Origin: Massalongia carnosa | Taxonomy: Eukaryota | Direction of reading: 5' to 3' | DNA: 64,000 nt | Assembly: GCA_965645245.1 (NCBI GenBank) | Contig: OZ287068.1 | Span: 2,108,001-2,172,000, forward strand | Shown here: positions 1 to 12,742 of the stretch, piece by piece | How the letters are laid out: each line of letters starts with the position of its first letter | How positions within the stretch are numbered: position 1 is the first letter of the stretch | Program-made: the position numbers and the translations under genes | Notes under the pieces: model-generated | The model's database searches: none | The model's input: the letters and a program-made list of their open reading frames with translations, nothing else | Told to the model about the DNA's origin: nothing

Positions 1-670
1 GTATGCTATTTACTTCAAAGGGGAGGGTTGTACAATGTCGTACTCATTTGCCCGGACAACCTTCCAGAACTAGTGAGTAATGCTAAGGCGGACTTACAAG
101 AGATGCGAGACCTCTTTGAGCATTGGGATCCCAAGCTCAAGGCGCTGCTTGGACTGGTGCAAGCGACGAGTAAATGGCGGTTGCAAAACAGCAAGGAAAT
201 GAAGAGTTGGAGGCACCCCGGTGGGAAATTCACCCTTCTTGGTGATGCTTGCCATGCCACGCTGCCTTACCTGTAGGTTCTCCTATGCCATTTTTTTACG
301 GAAATCAAATTCTGAATGTATATGCATCAGGGCTCAGGGTGCAGCTCAAGCATTGGAAGATGGAGCTGTGCTGGGTGCCCTATTTGCGCGCATCGAGCGA
401 CGATCCCAGGTCGCCGACGTCCTATGCATTTACGAGGGCCTCCGTAAGGAACGCACCACTCGTATCGTCCAAGGTAGCACTGATATACGGGATGTCTTTC
501 ATCTAGAAGATGGTGAACGACAACAGGAGCGAGATCGTCAACTGCTAAAACTGGAGCCGTTGGAGAACTGTCCGAACCGTTGGGCAGATCCCGTTTTTCA
601 GAAATGGATGTTCGGCTACGATGCAGAGAGGGAAGTAGAAGTGGCTTGGGCGAAGTATCAAGGCAGATAG
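1..670 (+). CDS. FAD-dependent monooxygenase, salicylate hydroxylase-like (3' part; 5' end outside window)
   Basis: Frame 1 open from base 1 to ...LLGDACHATLPYL; intron 273-330 (GT..AG) joins to AQGAAQALEDGAVL, giving the flavoprotein GDAxH..P..AQG...EDG motif; stop 668-670. Confidence 0.88.
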
Positions 671-1747
671 CGTTGGGGGATACTGGTGATACTACCACCA
701 GGTTGTCGCTGCAGGCAATTATTAACAAGCATAGAAGCTCTGAAGATACCCATTTTGCAGGTTTAGACGGAAGAGCAATCACTCCAAATGTTAGATTCAT
801 AGATTATATGGCTGAGATTGATCGTTTTTGAAACGATCCAAGTCGATATATCCACAAGGGTTGGCCCCATGTTGGGTCAGTGCAATGACATGTTGATGGC
901 TGTGCCTTTCATTTTTCCAGCACATGACATGTCCATACAACTTTCTATGAGAAAACCGCCTATCATCTCCAGGAAATTCCCGCCAACTCAGGTTTTTCCT
1001 TGAAATCCGTCTGCAGTTCTGCTTTCACCACTGCCGCTGAATATAAGAGGGTCGTTTAGCTCGAAGACGATATTAGCGGCTGAGCAATCAGATTCATAAG
1101 CTACATTCAAATAGTCCAATTAGGTTGAACTACCCAATATCGGCAGACAGAAAATTGAGGCTTGAGTTATTATGGATCATGGAAAACTAATTAAATGAAA
1201 ACTTCTCCCCAAAAGTCACTCAACTACACTCTTTAGCTTATCTGGGTTAGGTGCGGTTCATCTTCCTTTACTCCTATCCTTTCGCCTTTCACCTCCGCAC
1301 GCTGTTCTTAAACTTTCCATAACTCTTATTTCAGGTCTGGATCAGATCATCAGTTTTTCTATATGCATAACGTATATTATATTTCAAGAACGTCGAATCA
1401 GATCCTCAGAAAATTTTGGTTTCATCGGCAAGTGAGAGGCAAAATCTGAGCTCATCCTCATCATTCCTCGAAATAAATCATCACAGCACAGGGAATCATG
1501 ATAGTAAGACAGAACTTTTTTGTTTTGTATTGAAGAGACATTCTGCATGACGAAAGATGCAGTTAACGTCAGCTTATATTCTGGGAATGGGGAATGGCAA
1601 ATCTTTTTTAATCGTACTAGTGTTCACCCCCTTCTGCACCAGCGCAAAACGCGGCCGCTAGATTAGCTTCATTATTTGATAATCACAAAATCAAAAATCT
1701 GCTTTAACAACGAATGTACATAGTTAAATTTATCATTATATGCATTG

Positions 1748-1761
1748 ATAACACTGAAACT
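1748..1761 (+). repeat. LINE target-site duplication, 5' copy
   Basis: ATAACACTGAAACT, identical to 7149-7162. Confidence 0.9.
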
Positions 1762-1862
1762 TACAACAATCGACAACCACACTCTAGGCTACTATTATTG
1801 ATTTGACTCTCACATCTATCTATTCTCTCAACACGTCTTCCCTTGTAACGCGTACCGACGTT

Positions 1863-3615
1863 ATGTCGACGCCGAGTAGGCGGCGTGGCGACATCGCTGC
1901 GCGGGCGCTACAAGAGAAGAAAAGCAGCGCAAACCTTACGAGCCGAGCAGTACGCGCAATAGCTGACATTGAAAAACAGCTACGCGACAAATCCAGAGAG
2001 ATAATTAAGGGATCAGAGATCTTGACACTGCTACAAGAAGCAAAGGAGTTGATTCACTTTCTCGCGCTTCCGGAGAGCGAGCTACGCAATGATATGCAGC
2101 TGATTCAACAGCAATTAACGCGCATAGAAGCGAACACGACTAAGACGACGGCAGCAGTCAAGAGCTACGCAATGATATGCAGCTGATTCAACAGCAATTA
2201 ACGCGCATAGAAGCGAACACGACTAAGACGACGGCAGCAGTCAAGAGCTACGCCGCGGTAGCGTCCGCGGGAAGTAGCAGAAACGACAGCAACACGACGG
2301 CGACGCGCAACTCCGTAATGGAGCAGCAACGACAGCTGGAGGAGATAAAGAGAAGAAAGTCCGTTCTGATCAAGTTCAGGAACGACGCAGAGAAAGTCGG
2401 AATCAAAGCCTTGTCGAACAAGGCACTTATGGACAGAATCAAGACTATCGAGGAGAAGACCGGCGATGTACTGGCGGTGCGACGTCTCCCAAGCGGCGAC
2501 TTGGAGCTGCTGGCGTGCACGATGGAAGCTAAGGCTAGAATGGAGATGGATCAACAGCTACATAAAGGGCTTGCGGACTCAGCGTATGTAGTGCGACGCA
2601 CATTCGCTGTGTTAGCGCATGGGTGCGCGTAGACAGCGTCGACACAGTTAACGTACAAGCTACCATCAAGAGTCTAGAGAAACAGAATGAGCAGCTTCAT
2701 CCGGGACTGCAGATCTGCCGCATTGCATGGACCAAAAGGGCAGTTTCAGAAGCCAAGATTCACTCCTCGCTAATAGTTGAAGTAGCCACCGCAGAGACGG
2801 CAAACAGACTGATTAAAGAGGGTCTTCTGCAGGATTACTCGCATAGAATATGTGAGTACTTCGATAAGAACTGTCGTCTAAAACAGTGCTTTCACTGCCA
2901 GAAGTACGGACATACGGGCACCGCATGCAAGAACGCCCTTCGATGCGCAGGCTGCGCTCAAGGACATCGCTCGCAAGCATGCAAAGCGCCTGCGGATCGA
3001 CGCAAGTGCGCCGTGTGCGGCGGGAATCATCCGGCGTGGTCTCACCTCTGCCCCGTCCGAAAAGAGGAGAAGGAGGGCCTGAATGGCATCTGGAAGAACC
3101 GACCAACGTGGCATGTCGAGACGGAGGCGGTTGTCCTTCCTCGACAAAGTCAGACAGTAGAACGACGCAATAACGCCGGCGACACGACGTCTCATACACC
3201 TGCGCCAACACGTCATCAGGCAGTGCGTGAGCGAAGCCGCTCGCCAACCCCCGAGGCCGAGGAGCCGAACGAGTTCACCCAGGACGGCTCCACGATTATG
3301 AGCCTCGACATTAATACAGTCACCAACAGCTTTCCGGCTCTCCCCTCTACACACGGCAAGAGGGCACACTCGCAGGGACCTGGAGAAGGCTCCTCGCCAT
3401 CTCCTACTAGGCGCAGAGCCAGCGTGTCGGTTGTACCTGACTCACAGCCGGCCTCGTCTTCTCATAGGTCTGACAGCGCCCTTGCACTCCTGCGTTACCC
3501 CATGCCTCCTCCGGCGCCGAAGGCGCATTCGCAGACGCAGCCACAGCCCAAGCCGAAGCGCGGCCGCCCGCCGCTTCACAGAATCAGCGGCAAAGTCTCC
3601 CGAAATACCCAGTAA
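1863..3615 (+). pseudogene. LINE ORF1 (gag-like nucleic-acid-binding protein), frameshifted
   Basis: ATG 1863; coiled-coil-like region and SYAAVA motif; knuckles CFHCQKYGHTGTAC, CAGCAQGHRSQAC, CAVCGGNHPAWSHLC; broken by an 83-bp tandem duplication (2079-2253) and a 1-bp loss near 2621-2623 (VLAHG/VRVDS). Confidence 0.9.
2079..2253 (+). repeat. 83-bp perfect tandem duplication bounded by GAGCTACGC
   Basis: GAGCTACGC at 2079-2087, 2162-2170 and 2245-2253 with identical sequence between copies. Confidence 0.95.
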
Positions 3616-6600
3616 TGGCGGGACAAACATCTCTTTCAATATTACAGTATAACATCAGAAAGAGCAAGAACGGGGTCATGACCCCTCTACTGGCGGACAA
3701 GAGAATAGAGGAGTATGACGTCTTAGCCATTCAGGAACCATGGCGCAACCCCAGCATTTGCACGTCGCACAATCCGTTCAATTCCGGCTTTCATCTTGCG
3801 TTTATGTCGAATGAGAATGTACGTGCGTGTTTCTATATTAATAAAAGATTGGATGTCAATTCTTGGGCTGTGGACTTCCTCACGCCGGACGTGTGCACAA
3901 TGAGACTAAGAATATCTGCGAGTAATGAGCCACGATACATCAATATACATAACGTCTACAGTCAATCACCCGACTCGCATTCTTCTCGCCAGCTACTCGA
4001 AAGCGTGGAGGCGGTGAGACGAAAGATTCATGAGCGGGATGAAGAGGAACACATCTTGCTGGAAGACTTTAATCTGCATCACCCTCTGTGGAGTGGCCCC
4101 TCCAGGCCTACACAACATCAAGCGGCCGACCAGCTTCTCGACGTCGTTCGTGCGGCGTCTATGCAGCTCACTCTACCTAGTGGCTCTGTCACTTGGGAGG
4201 CACGCAGATCCACGAGCACGATAGACTTAGTGTTCATGACCGACTCCCTGAGACACAGTCTGCTGCACTGTCACACCCGTCCGGAGATGAACCAATCGTC
4301 CGATCACATACCCGTCTCTACCAAGCTGACGCTAGAGGTGGAGCTGAGCGTGGAACGTCGCAAGAGAGCATGGAAGCGAGCCGACGAAGAAAATCTGGCG
4401 AAAAGTCTTCGTCTACCTGTAGTCACGGAGTGGCCGCGTACCCCGCAAGCCATAGACGACTTAGCGAATCGACTACAGTCCGCCATTATTGACGCGATAA
4501 ATGAGACCATTCCCTGGACGGCTCCCTGCCCCGTCTCCAAACCCTTCTGGAACGAGCGTTGCGCTGTCGCTGTGGCGGAGATTTGACGTCGAAGACGCGA
4601 GTGGACGAGGTGGAAGACAGAGGCAACGTGGCGCAGGTATCTCAAATCGGCGGATGAAAAGAAGAAGATCATCACCAAGGAGAAGAAGCTCGACTTCAGA
4701 AGAACCTTAGCAGAGATGACGTCTGCGTCCGAAGGCATATGGCGTCTTGCTCGATGGGCTCGTACGCGCAGTCACTTACCGCGAGACATTCCCAAGGTGC
4801 CCGATCTGACGCACACGCTTGCGGACGGCACAGCAGTCACTGCGTCCACATTCGACGAAAAGACGTCTCTTCTCTCTGACATGTTCTTCCCCAATGCAAC
4901 CGCGGCAGACCTCAGCGACACGACGACGTATCGCTACCCTCCCGCTGTCGCAGAAACGGAGTCTCTTATCACAGGCGAGGAGATAGAGGCAGCAATCAAG
5001 CGTTGTAAGCCGGACTCTGCTCCGGGCCCCGACGGAATACCGAATAGAATACTCAAGCTTCTGATCAAGTCGATACTGCCCACGTTGGTCCTTCTGTTTC
5101 GCGCCTGCGCAGAGCAGGGGTATCACCCACTCTGCTTTCGCGAGGCTCACACTATTGCAATCAAGAAGCCGAACAAGCCGAACTACACTCTCGCTAAGGC
5201 CTATAGACCTATCGCGCTTCTGAATACGCTTGGGAAGGTCTTGGAATCGATCATAGCTAAACGCATCGCCGCTATTGCGGAGACCCACAATCTGCTTCCT
5301 GAGTCTCAGATGGGAGGACGACGACAAAGATCCTGTGAAACGGCGCTTGAACTCCTCACCGAACAGATACACACGGTGTGGAACATGGGATCAGACAAAG
5401 TGGCCACGCTTTTGAGCATTGATGTGGCCGGTGCCTTTGATCACGTCTCGGCGGAGAGAATGCTGCACAATCTGCGCAAGAGAAAAATTCCTGAATGGAT
5501 CGTAGCATGGGTCGGCAGCTTTTTACCGCAAAGAAGGTCCACACTGACAATCGGCGGTCAGACGTCTTCGATGCGCCTTGTTCATGCCGGTATACCGCAG
5601 GGGTCGCCAGTGTCGCCCATTCTCTACATTTTTTACAACGCAGATATTTTGGAGGAGCTAGAGCGATCTCGACTCAAAGTCACCGCGTTGGGGTTTATTG
5701 ACGACATCAATATACTGGCATACGGCACCTCGACTGCGAGTAACTGTCGAGCTTTAGAACGTGCTCACGAGATGTGCGAGCTGTGGGCTAGACGTCATGG
5801 AGCGCACTTCGCGCCTGCTAAATACGAGCTCCTACATCTCGCCAGAAATGATCGTCGCTTCGACATGACGGCTGCCGTGTGCATAGGAGGCGTGGACAAG
5901 ACGCCTTCGCCGTCGGTGCGAGTGCTTGGAATTCAGATCGACTCCAAGCTTAAATGGGGCCCTCATCTAAAGTTCATACAGGGCAAAATGGCTACACAGA
6001 CCTTGGCATTATCCAGGCTTACGGCTTCTACGTGGGGAGCGTGCTTTACGAAGGCGAGACACGTTTATAGCGCCGTCGTGCGACCGGCGATTACCTTCGG
6101 CTCTACCGTCTGGCATTCGCCATATGGCCGTCCCGACGGCACGCAGAGGATCGACAAACAGCTCGGTGACATACAGCGAGAGTGTCTGCGAGTGATAAGC
6201 GGAGGATTTCGCGCTACTCCGCAAATCATCATCGAAGCCGAAACTCACGTTTCTCCAATTCAGCTGCATCTAGCTCACTTGCAGGCGAAGGCACGACGAC
6301 GTCTTAAAGAACATGAACACGATCAACGCATCTCCGCTTTCTGTGAGAAGATCAAGCGCAAGCTGACTGCCTCGCGCGGTAGACGACGGCGCGCCCTCAA
6401 CGCTACGCCGGCTCAGCGTAAGCGTGACTGGTATACGAGGCAGATTGCTCGAGTCCGGCCTGCTGACATGATAGAAGACACTCCGACGGACAAAGGGCTA
6501 GCCAAGATCTTCAACAATCAGTGGAAACAGACCTGGAGCGCGTATCAGGCGGCTCATCAGCGTCATCCCTGCGCTGCGCTTACTGAGGGTCTTTCGATAA

Positions 6601-6930
6601 AGAGACTGGGATTACATAAGAACTTCAGCAAATCCGAAAGCAGCCTCATCATTCAAATGCGTACTGAGCGTATTGGCTTGGCGGATTATCTCTTCTCTCG
6701 TCGAGTTCCCACGTTCGCTTCGCCGGCATGTAGCTGTGGATGGGCACGCCAGACGCAAGCATGTGCTACTCAGCTGCCCCAGGTTTGTTAACGGCCGAAG
6801 CAACATGTGCAGAGACGCCGGAACGACGGATTATCGCCGCCTTCTGACCACCGAAAAGGGCTTACGAGCCTCCGCTCGCTGGCTTATGCGGACTAATCTA
6901 CTGACACAGTTTTCGCTAGCTAAACTCTAG
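3615..6930 (+). pseudogene. LINE ORF2 (AP endonuclease-reverse transcriptase), disrupted
   Basis: APE motifs ILQYN, AIQEPW, (G>E)DFNLHH, TIDL, SDH; RT motifs APGPDGI, YRPIALLN, DVAGAFD, GIPQGSPVSP, FIDD; in-frame TGA 4584-4586; frameshift near 6755 inside CSCG...KHVLLSC; stop 6928-6930. Confidence 0.93.
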
Positions 6931-7148
6931 TTATAACAGAGGCAGAAGGTAGTCTCTTGATACGCATGTGTGTCGTAGACGTGGCGCTGGCGAAACGTAG
7001 CATTCGCTAAGTGAGGTCGAGCGATCACGTGTAGGTATACAGATGAAGGTTTTTTCCCCTCGATGAGGGTTTTCCTTCTTTGAAACTTTGATAGCTTTTC
7101 TCGCATGGGTCGGCTGTAGCTGATGTCACAACGAGTATGAATTTAATA

Positions 7149-7162
7149 ATAACACTGAAACT
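7149..7162 (+). repeat. LINE target-site duplication, 3' copy
   Basis: ATAACACTGAAACT, identical to 1748-1761. Confidence 0.9.
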
Positions 7163-7918
7163 CTAAGGCTAGTCTTTTTAGTTTTAGCGCTGGTGCAAAA
7201 GGGCACGAGTAACTATATAAGTTTACGATAAGATAGCTCAGCAAATCTCGATTTTGAATAATATTTTCTTTGCCCTTTTTAAAGCTGAAATGTCTAGTCA
7301 TTCCATTCAGCTCAGCGGAAAAGCCATGCCACCTTAGATGCGAGGGCTTCATTAATAGCGAAGAACACTATGAATGGGTTGCATACATCCATTGCCTTGA
7401 GCATTGAGCATGATGCTGGTGAGCCAACGAGTAATAATACCCTCAATTATATGTAGAAGAGTTTACCATAGTTTTTGGCAAGCGCATCAAGAGTTTACAA
7501 TGATGCACAGTAGTTACTTATTTACTTGCGGGGTTTTAGGGTACAGGACACGAAGAACTTTACGTGCGGATCATGATCCCTGTCCTCAGCTTTGCAGGCA
7601 CGTGAACCAATTAATGTCATCATTAGGACCCTTATCATCATCTTAGGTTAGATCTCTTCTCTTTCCTTGTCCTTTTCGAGTTTGGACTCCCCATCAATCT
7701 GCCTTACCTCTCAGATTCCATTTCATCGTCATCCCGCAATTAATCTCAAATGGCGGGGACTTTTCCCATCCAGACGTCCTGTGTCTCCGTTTACGATACG
7801 TTTAGGAGTCATCTCAACGTCAATGGATGGTTCCTTTTCTCAAGGAATTGTCAAGATGATCGTAGCGGTTCCAATGCACGCATGACTGGCGTAATCCTTG
7901 CGACCGAAGCACATCGCG

Positions 7919-10704
7919 ATGGCGGAAACCCACGCCATCACCATGCAAAACCGAGGCCCCGTCGTACTTGCGGTCACAACAGCGCTCCTAGTCGCGTCAA
8001 CGGTGTTTGTTGTGCTCCGGCTCGCCTCGCGGATCGGAATTGTGAAAAGAGTTTCCAAAGACGATTATTTCATCATATTGGCATGGGTGAGCACAAATGC
8101 CTGAATGATTAACTCCCCAGCGTACCCAGGCTGATTGATACTAGCTAATTGCTTTTGGATTCTCTTTCTCCATATGTTACGGGACATCGATTGGTTTGGG
8201 AAGGCATGAAGCTGATATTAAGCCACAATGGCAAAGACTACTGAAAGGATTTCAGTATGCATTCTCCGTTTTATACGTACGTGGCGCTAGGCATATAATG
8301 GAGGATCGAGAGACTAATTGGTGAAGAATCCGGCTTTGATGGCGACCAAAACGTCAATCTGTCTTTTTTACCTAACGCTAGCGAAAAACCAGCAAATCTT
8401 CAAATGGTCTACCATAGCTACTTTGGCGGTTGTGAACATAGCAGGAACAGCATTGACATTCTTGAATATCTTTCAATGTCATCCTGTGACGGCCGCCTTC
8501 AAAGATCCAGTCCCGCATACAGCGCATTGTACAGATATTGTCACCATCTATCTGTCCTCAGCACCAGTCAACATCATAACCGATCTAGCGCTTTTGTTCC
8601 TTCCCATGCCAATATTAACAGCTATGAGGTTACCACGGAATGAGAAGCTGATTCTCATCGTGACGTTTAGCTTTGGAGCATTTGTTGCAGTGGTCGATGT
8701 CGTTCGAATAGCATATCTCCAGTCTGCATCGATAGCTCGCTTGCAGAATTCCACCGGATCCAGAGTACAGGATGAAGGGGACTTTTCTTGGATTGCCTCT
8801 TTATCCTTCATGTGGTCAGCCATCGAGGTCCATGTCGGTATCATTTGTGCATGTGTCCCGGGTGTTAAGCCACTTGTAAGCAAGTTGTTCCCAAACTTGC
8901 TCGGCCGTATCAAACATGCAGGAGACAGAAACAATTGTCCTTTCACTGGATCACTGGATATTCACTCGATGAACAAAGCCTATCCCCCCCGTCCTTTATC
9001 ACCCTCTTCAGGTCCATCCCAAGCTCAACCGCAATCCCCACCTGGTGGGAACAGAGATGTAGGCTTGATTGACTTTCTCACCACGCCCGAGACTACGCCG
9101 AGCATGATGAGAACCCAGACCACTATGACATCCATGGCTAAGCGGTCAAGGGCTGCTAGCCTGACGGTCTTCGACTTCGTCAACGTAAAGAACTCTAAAA
9201 GCATGGTGAGGATGAGTAATAGAGAGGCATTGGGGCCTCTTGCTGTAGTTACGGTCCTGTTTTTCCTTTGGGGGTTTGCTTATGGTCTTCTCGATGTTCT
9301 CAACTCACAGTTTCAACTCATTGTGCGTATGAGTAAAGGTCAATTGATTGGACTTCATTCGGCTTATTTTGGAGCTTACTTTGTGGGACCTTTGACATTC
9401 GGGCGAATCATTTTTCGCAAATGGGGTTTCAAAGCTACATTCATTACGGGTTTATGCATTTACGGATGTGGGACCCTTGTGTTTTGGCCATCTGCAGTGC
9501 TTGCTTCATTTCCAGCCTTTCTCATCTCAAACTTCATCGTCGGCCTAGGCGTTGCAACGCTCGAGACTGCTGGTAATCCATTCATTGCCCTTTGTGGGCC
9601 ACAAGAGTACGCAGAAGTTCGGTTAAACATCTCTCAGGCCGTCCAAGCAATAGGCACTATTTTCTCTCCGATCCTAGCCAAAAAGGTGCTATTCAAGAAT
9701 GTTTCCGATGCGCCGTCGCTGATCGACATCCAATGGACATATCTGGGGATTGCCTGTTTTGACGTTGTGCTTGCTGTTATCTTTTACTATCTGCCTCTTC
9801 CAGAGGCGTCAGACGAAGATTTGGACGAGATGGCAGAACAGCGATCCAATGCGGATAAGAGAGTAATCGGAGGGACGAAAGTTGTATACATTACACTAGC
9901 TTTCGGTGTCTTTTCGCAATTTTGTTATGTTGGTGGCCAAGAGGCTCTGTCTGGTGTTTTTCAGAAGTTTGTTGCTACGGTTAAGCCAAAGTATGTAATG
10001 AACTGGCTGTTTTCTTATGTAGGCACTAGAGCTGACTTCATGTGGCAGCGCAAGCCTTAGCCCATTCGATCATCAGGCGGTCAGCCGCTCTGTTTTTGCC
10101 ATAGGCCGATTTTTGTCGGCCCTCGGCTGTCTTATTATCAAACCGCGACACATTCTTCTCTTTCTTTTTGTTGGATTGATTGCTACGTCGATACTTTGCA
10201 TGAACCTGTCCGGCTACAGTGGCGTGGCCATGGTTATCCTAGTGCTATTCTTCGAGGTAAGAACTCAGCCGACCAGTAAAGTCCAAGAATGCTAAGTTTC
10301 TGTGTCAGTCCGGAATCTTTTCTACGACCTTTGCCATGTGTATTCGAGGTCTTGGTGCATACACTAAAACCGGATCAGTCTTCCTTACCGCGGCAACGTC
10401 TGGGGGAGCTGTGGTGCCTGCCATCATAAGTCCTGTGGCTGACGGCCGTGGTGTACGCTATGGGTTTTGCGTCATTGTAGCCTTCTTCGCCTTCGGCGCG
10501 CTCCTCCCAGTTTACACGGAGACTGTTCCAGCCGCGAAAGCGCAGGTGGATCCGGTGCGCGGACGACAGATACCTGCAGATTCTGCCCCTAGACGGCGTC
10601 GCGCCAGCCGGGTATTTCACGCGGTGATGGGGAGGAAGCAAACCTTGTCGGGATTGCCAACGACGAGACATGTTGAGGGCCAGCCCGAGGATCGAGTGCA
10701 GTGA
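7919..10704 (+). CDS. PTH11-like 7TM membrane domain fused to FucP-type (fucose/glucose-galactose) MFS permease, ~855 aa
   Basis: Exons 7919-8086, 8145-8276, 8327-9990, 10049-10256, 10309-10704, all GT..AG and frame-consistent. N-half: LRxxxR..DDY, GLGRH, KTSI, FQCHP, NIITD..LPMP, WSAIE..GIICACVP. C-half: LFFLWGFAYGLLDVLN, LETAGNPF, RLNISQ, QFCYVG. Confidence 0.88.
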
Positions 10705-11793
10705 GGCCTTCCTTGGTTTCGTACGGAGTACATATTGAAGTATTTCTTTTTTTTGCTGCGATTAAGCGTGGCGCTGGGAGGAACACGTGTTTTACCCTCC
10801 TGGAGGCGGGGTGAACCATAGAAATCACGTGGCATTGCATTCCGAAAAATATATTACCATGTGGGTATGATCATATGTCATAACTAGAGGTATACCAGAC
10901 GATAGCTGTACATGACCCCCCTATTACTCTTCCTGTGTTGATGAATATCACCGTAGGCAATCCTCTAAAGATTCACCTTTCGGGGGGGGGTTTTAAAACT
11001 TAGGACTATGAAACATTGATGTGAAATTTTCTTTCTTTCTTTCTTTCTTTTCTTTTCTTTTCTTTCATTGCTTCCTTTAAAAAGACTTTGAGATTTGAGA
11101 CGAGGCCCGTCATCGGCCCCCAATTCCGCCTTGTTCCCAAGGAACGGGCAGGGATGGCGAACCCCACAATTGTTGCGATTAACTAGCGTCACGGGGCAGT
11201 CCGACTCACAAGCCAGTCTCATATACATGTACGGAGTACAACAATGACAAATACCATAACATCATTCCCATCGTTCTGCACGAGTAACTCTGCCAGGCGC
11301 CTCCGGAGTCCTCCATTCCACTCGGTCAGACTTTCCAGCCTACGCGCTTTTCCTTGTCCCACACTCTCTCTTAGGCGCAAGATGGGAAAGACCGACAAAA
11401 CGCCGACGCTTGTTGACCCGATTCCCCGCTCGTTTGTCCGCAAGTGATTTCCTCATTCGGCCCTACCCCATACCTTAGCTTTCCTTGGCTCTCCTTGGCT
11501 GGATTAACGTAAGTTTCCCTGTCAAATGGCTGAAGATTAGATACCACGATTTCGAGTTAACCGCCTCTCCCGATCCCACGCTTTGCCGATTTCTAATCAA
11601 AACCCCTCCACACACACTCATAATTCGCTCCCCAAAGTTACCCTTCGTTCCTCCACCCCTTCCCCCCCCCCACTCATATCCCTCGTCACTCAACTTCTCC
11701 TCTCCTCTCCTCTCTTCACCTTCACCTCGCGTTCGGTCCAAACTCAATTAACAGTCGTACCATCGATCTATCAAATCTCTTTCGCTAGCAGCC

Positions 11794-12742
11794 ATGGCCG
11801 GCTTTTATGGTCGCAGAACGCCTAATGTGTCTCAATACATTGCAAACCTGAACGCCATTAACCCGTCGTCTCAAGACGTGGCGACACAGCACGACGATAG
11901 CTACGGCCTTGAGGATGACCTCGCTGTCTTTACCAATGCCGAGTTTTTCGACTTCGACTTGGGTGATGGGATTGAACAGCCCCCAATCAGCTATGATCCG
12001 TCGCACGAGGAGCGTGCAAGAAGGGAGCACGCCTCGGCGCATAAGAATGGCCATAAGATCGATTTTATAAATGGTAAGTGGAACTTAGTACTAGTAGTCT
12101 TAAAGGTCTTACAGTTCAAGCGACCATAATCGCGCGCTCTTCAAGACATTCATACATCTCCCAACGGCGGCTAGTTGCACGGCTGACATGCTTCGCCCAG
12201 AAAACTACACCTTTCCCAGCCTCCCACCTTTCATCGCCACAACTCAAGCCACCTCCATCGAGTCCAGCTACCGACCACCCCAAGCCTTTGCGACCACCAC
12301 CCCACCGTCTCCCTTTATCTACCCGGCTCCTCCATCTATCACAACCAACATAAATCCATCGAATCACGTGCCACTCATGAGTCCCACCACCACGACGAAC
12401 CCTAGCACCCCCACTTCCCCCTCGCCCTCGCATTTTGCTGCCGAAGAAGACAAGCGTCGACGGAATACAGCTGCATCCGCGCGTTTCCGCGTCAAGAAGA
12501 AGCAGCGTGAACAGGCACTTGAGCGCATGGCAAAGGAGCTCAGTGACAAGGCAAAGGAGCTGGAGAAGCGCGTTGGGCAGTTGGAGACGGAGAACGAGTG
12601 GCTGAGGGGTTTGGTGGTCGAACGGAATGGAGGAGCCGGCTTGGATGCGATGGTCAAGGATCGCGAGGCTGTGGCAGAGAAGAATCGGAGGGAGAAAGAG
12701 AGGAAGAAGGGCGTGGGTACGAGTACAGTAGAAGCAGCCTAG
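11794..12742 (+). CDS. metR: bZIP sulfur-metabolism transcription factor (MetR/CYS-3 family)
   Basis: Exons 11794-12073 and 12201-12742; N-terminal PNVSQYIANLN and DLAVFTNAEFFDFD blocks; basic region AAEEDKRRRNTAASARFRVKKKQREQALE plus leucine zipper ending LETENEWLRGLV. Confidence 0.88.

Larger units (their letters stand above)
1762..7148 (+). mobile_element. Full-length non-LTR retrotransposon (LINE, Tad1-like), disrupted
   Basis: Gag-like ORF1 with three Cys/His knuckles, ORF2 with APE endonuclease + RT + C-terminal Cys/His motif, short TAATA tail, and identical flanking 14-mers ATAACACTGAAACT (1748-1761, 7149-7162). Confidence 0.95.

Noticed and set aside
11244..11447. Possible uORF upstream of metR
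   Set aside because: Transcription start unknown and no recognisable conserved peptide.
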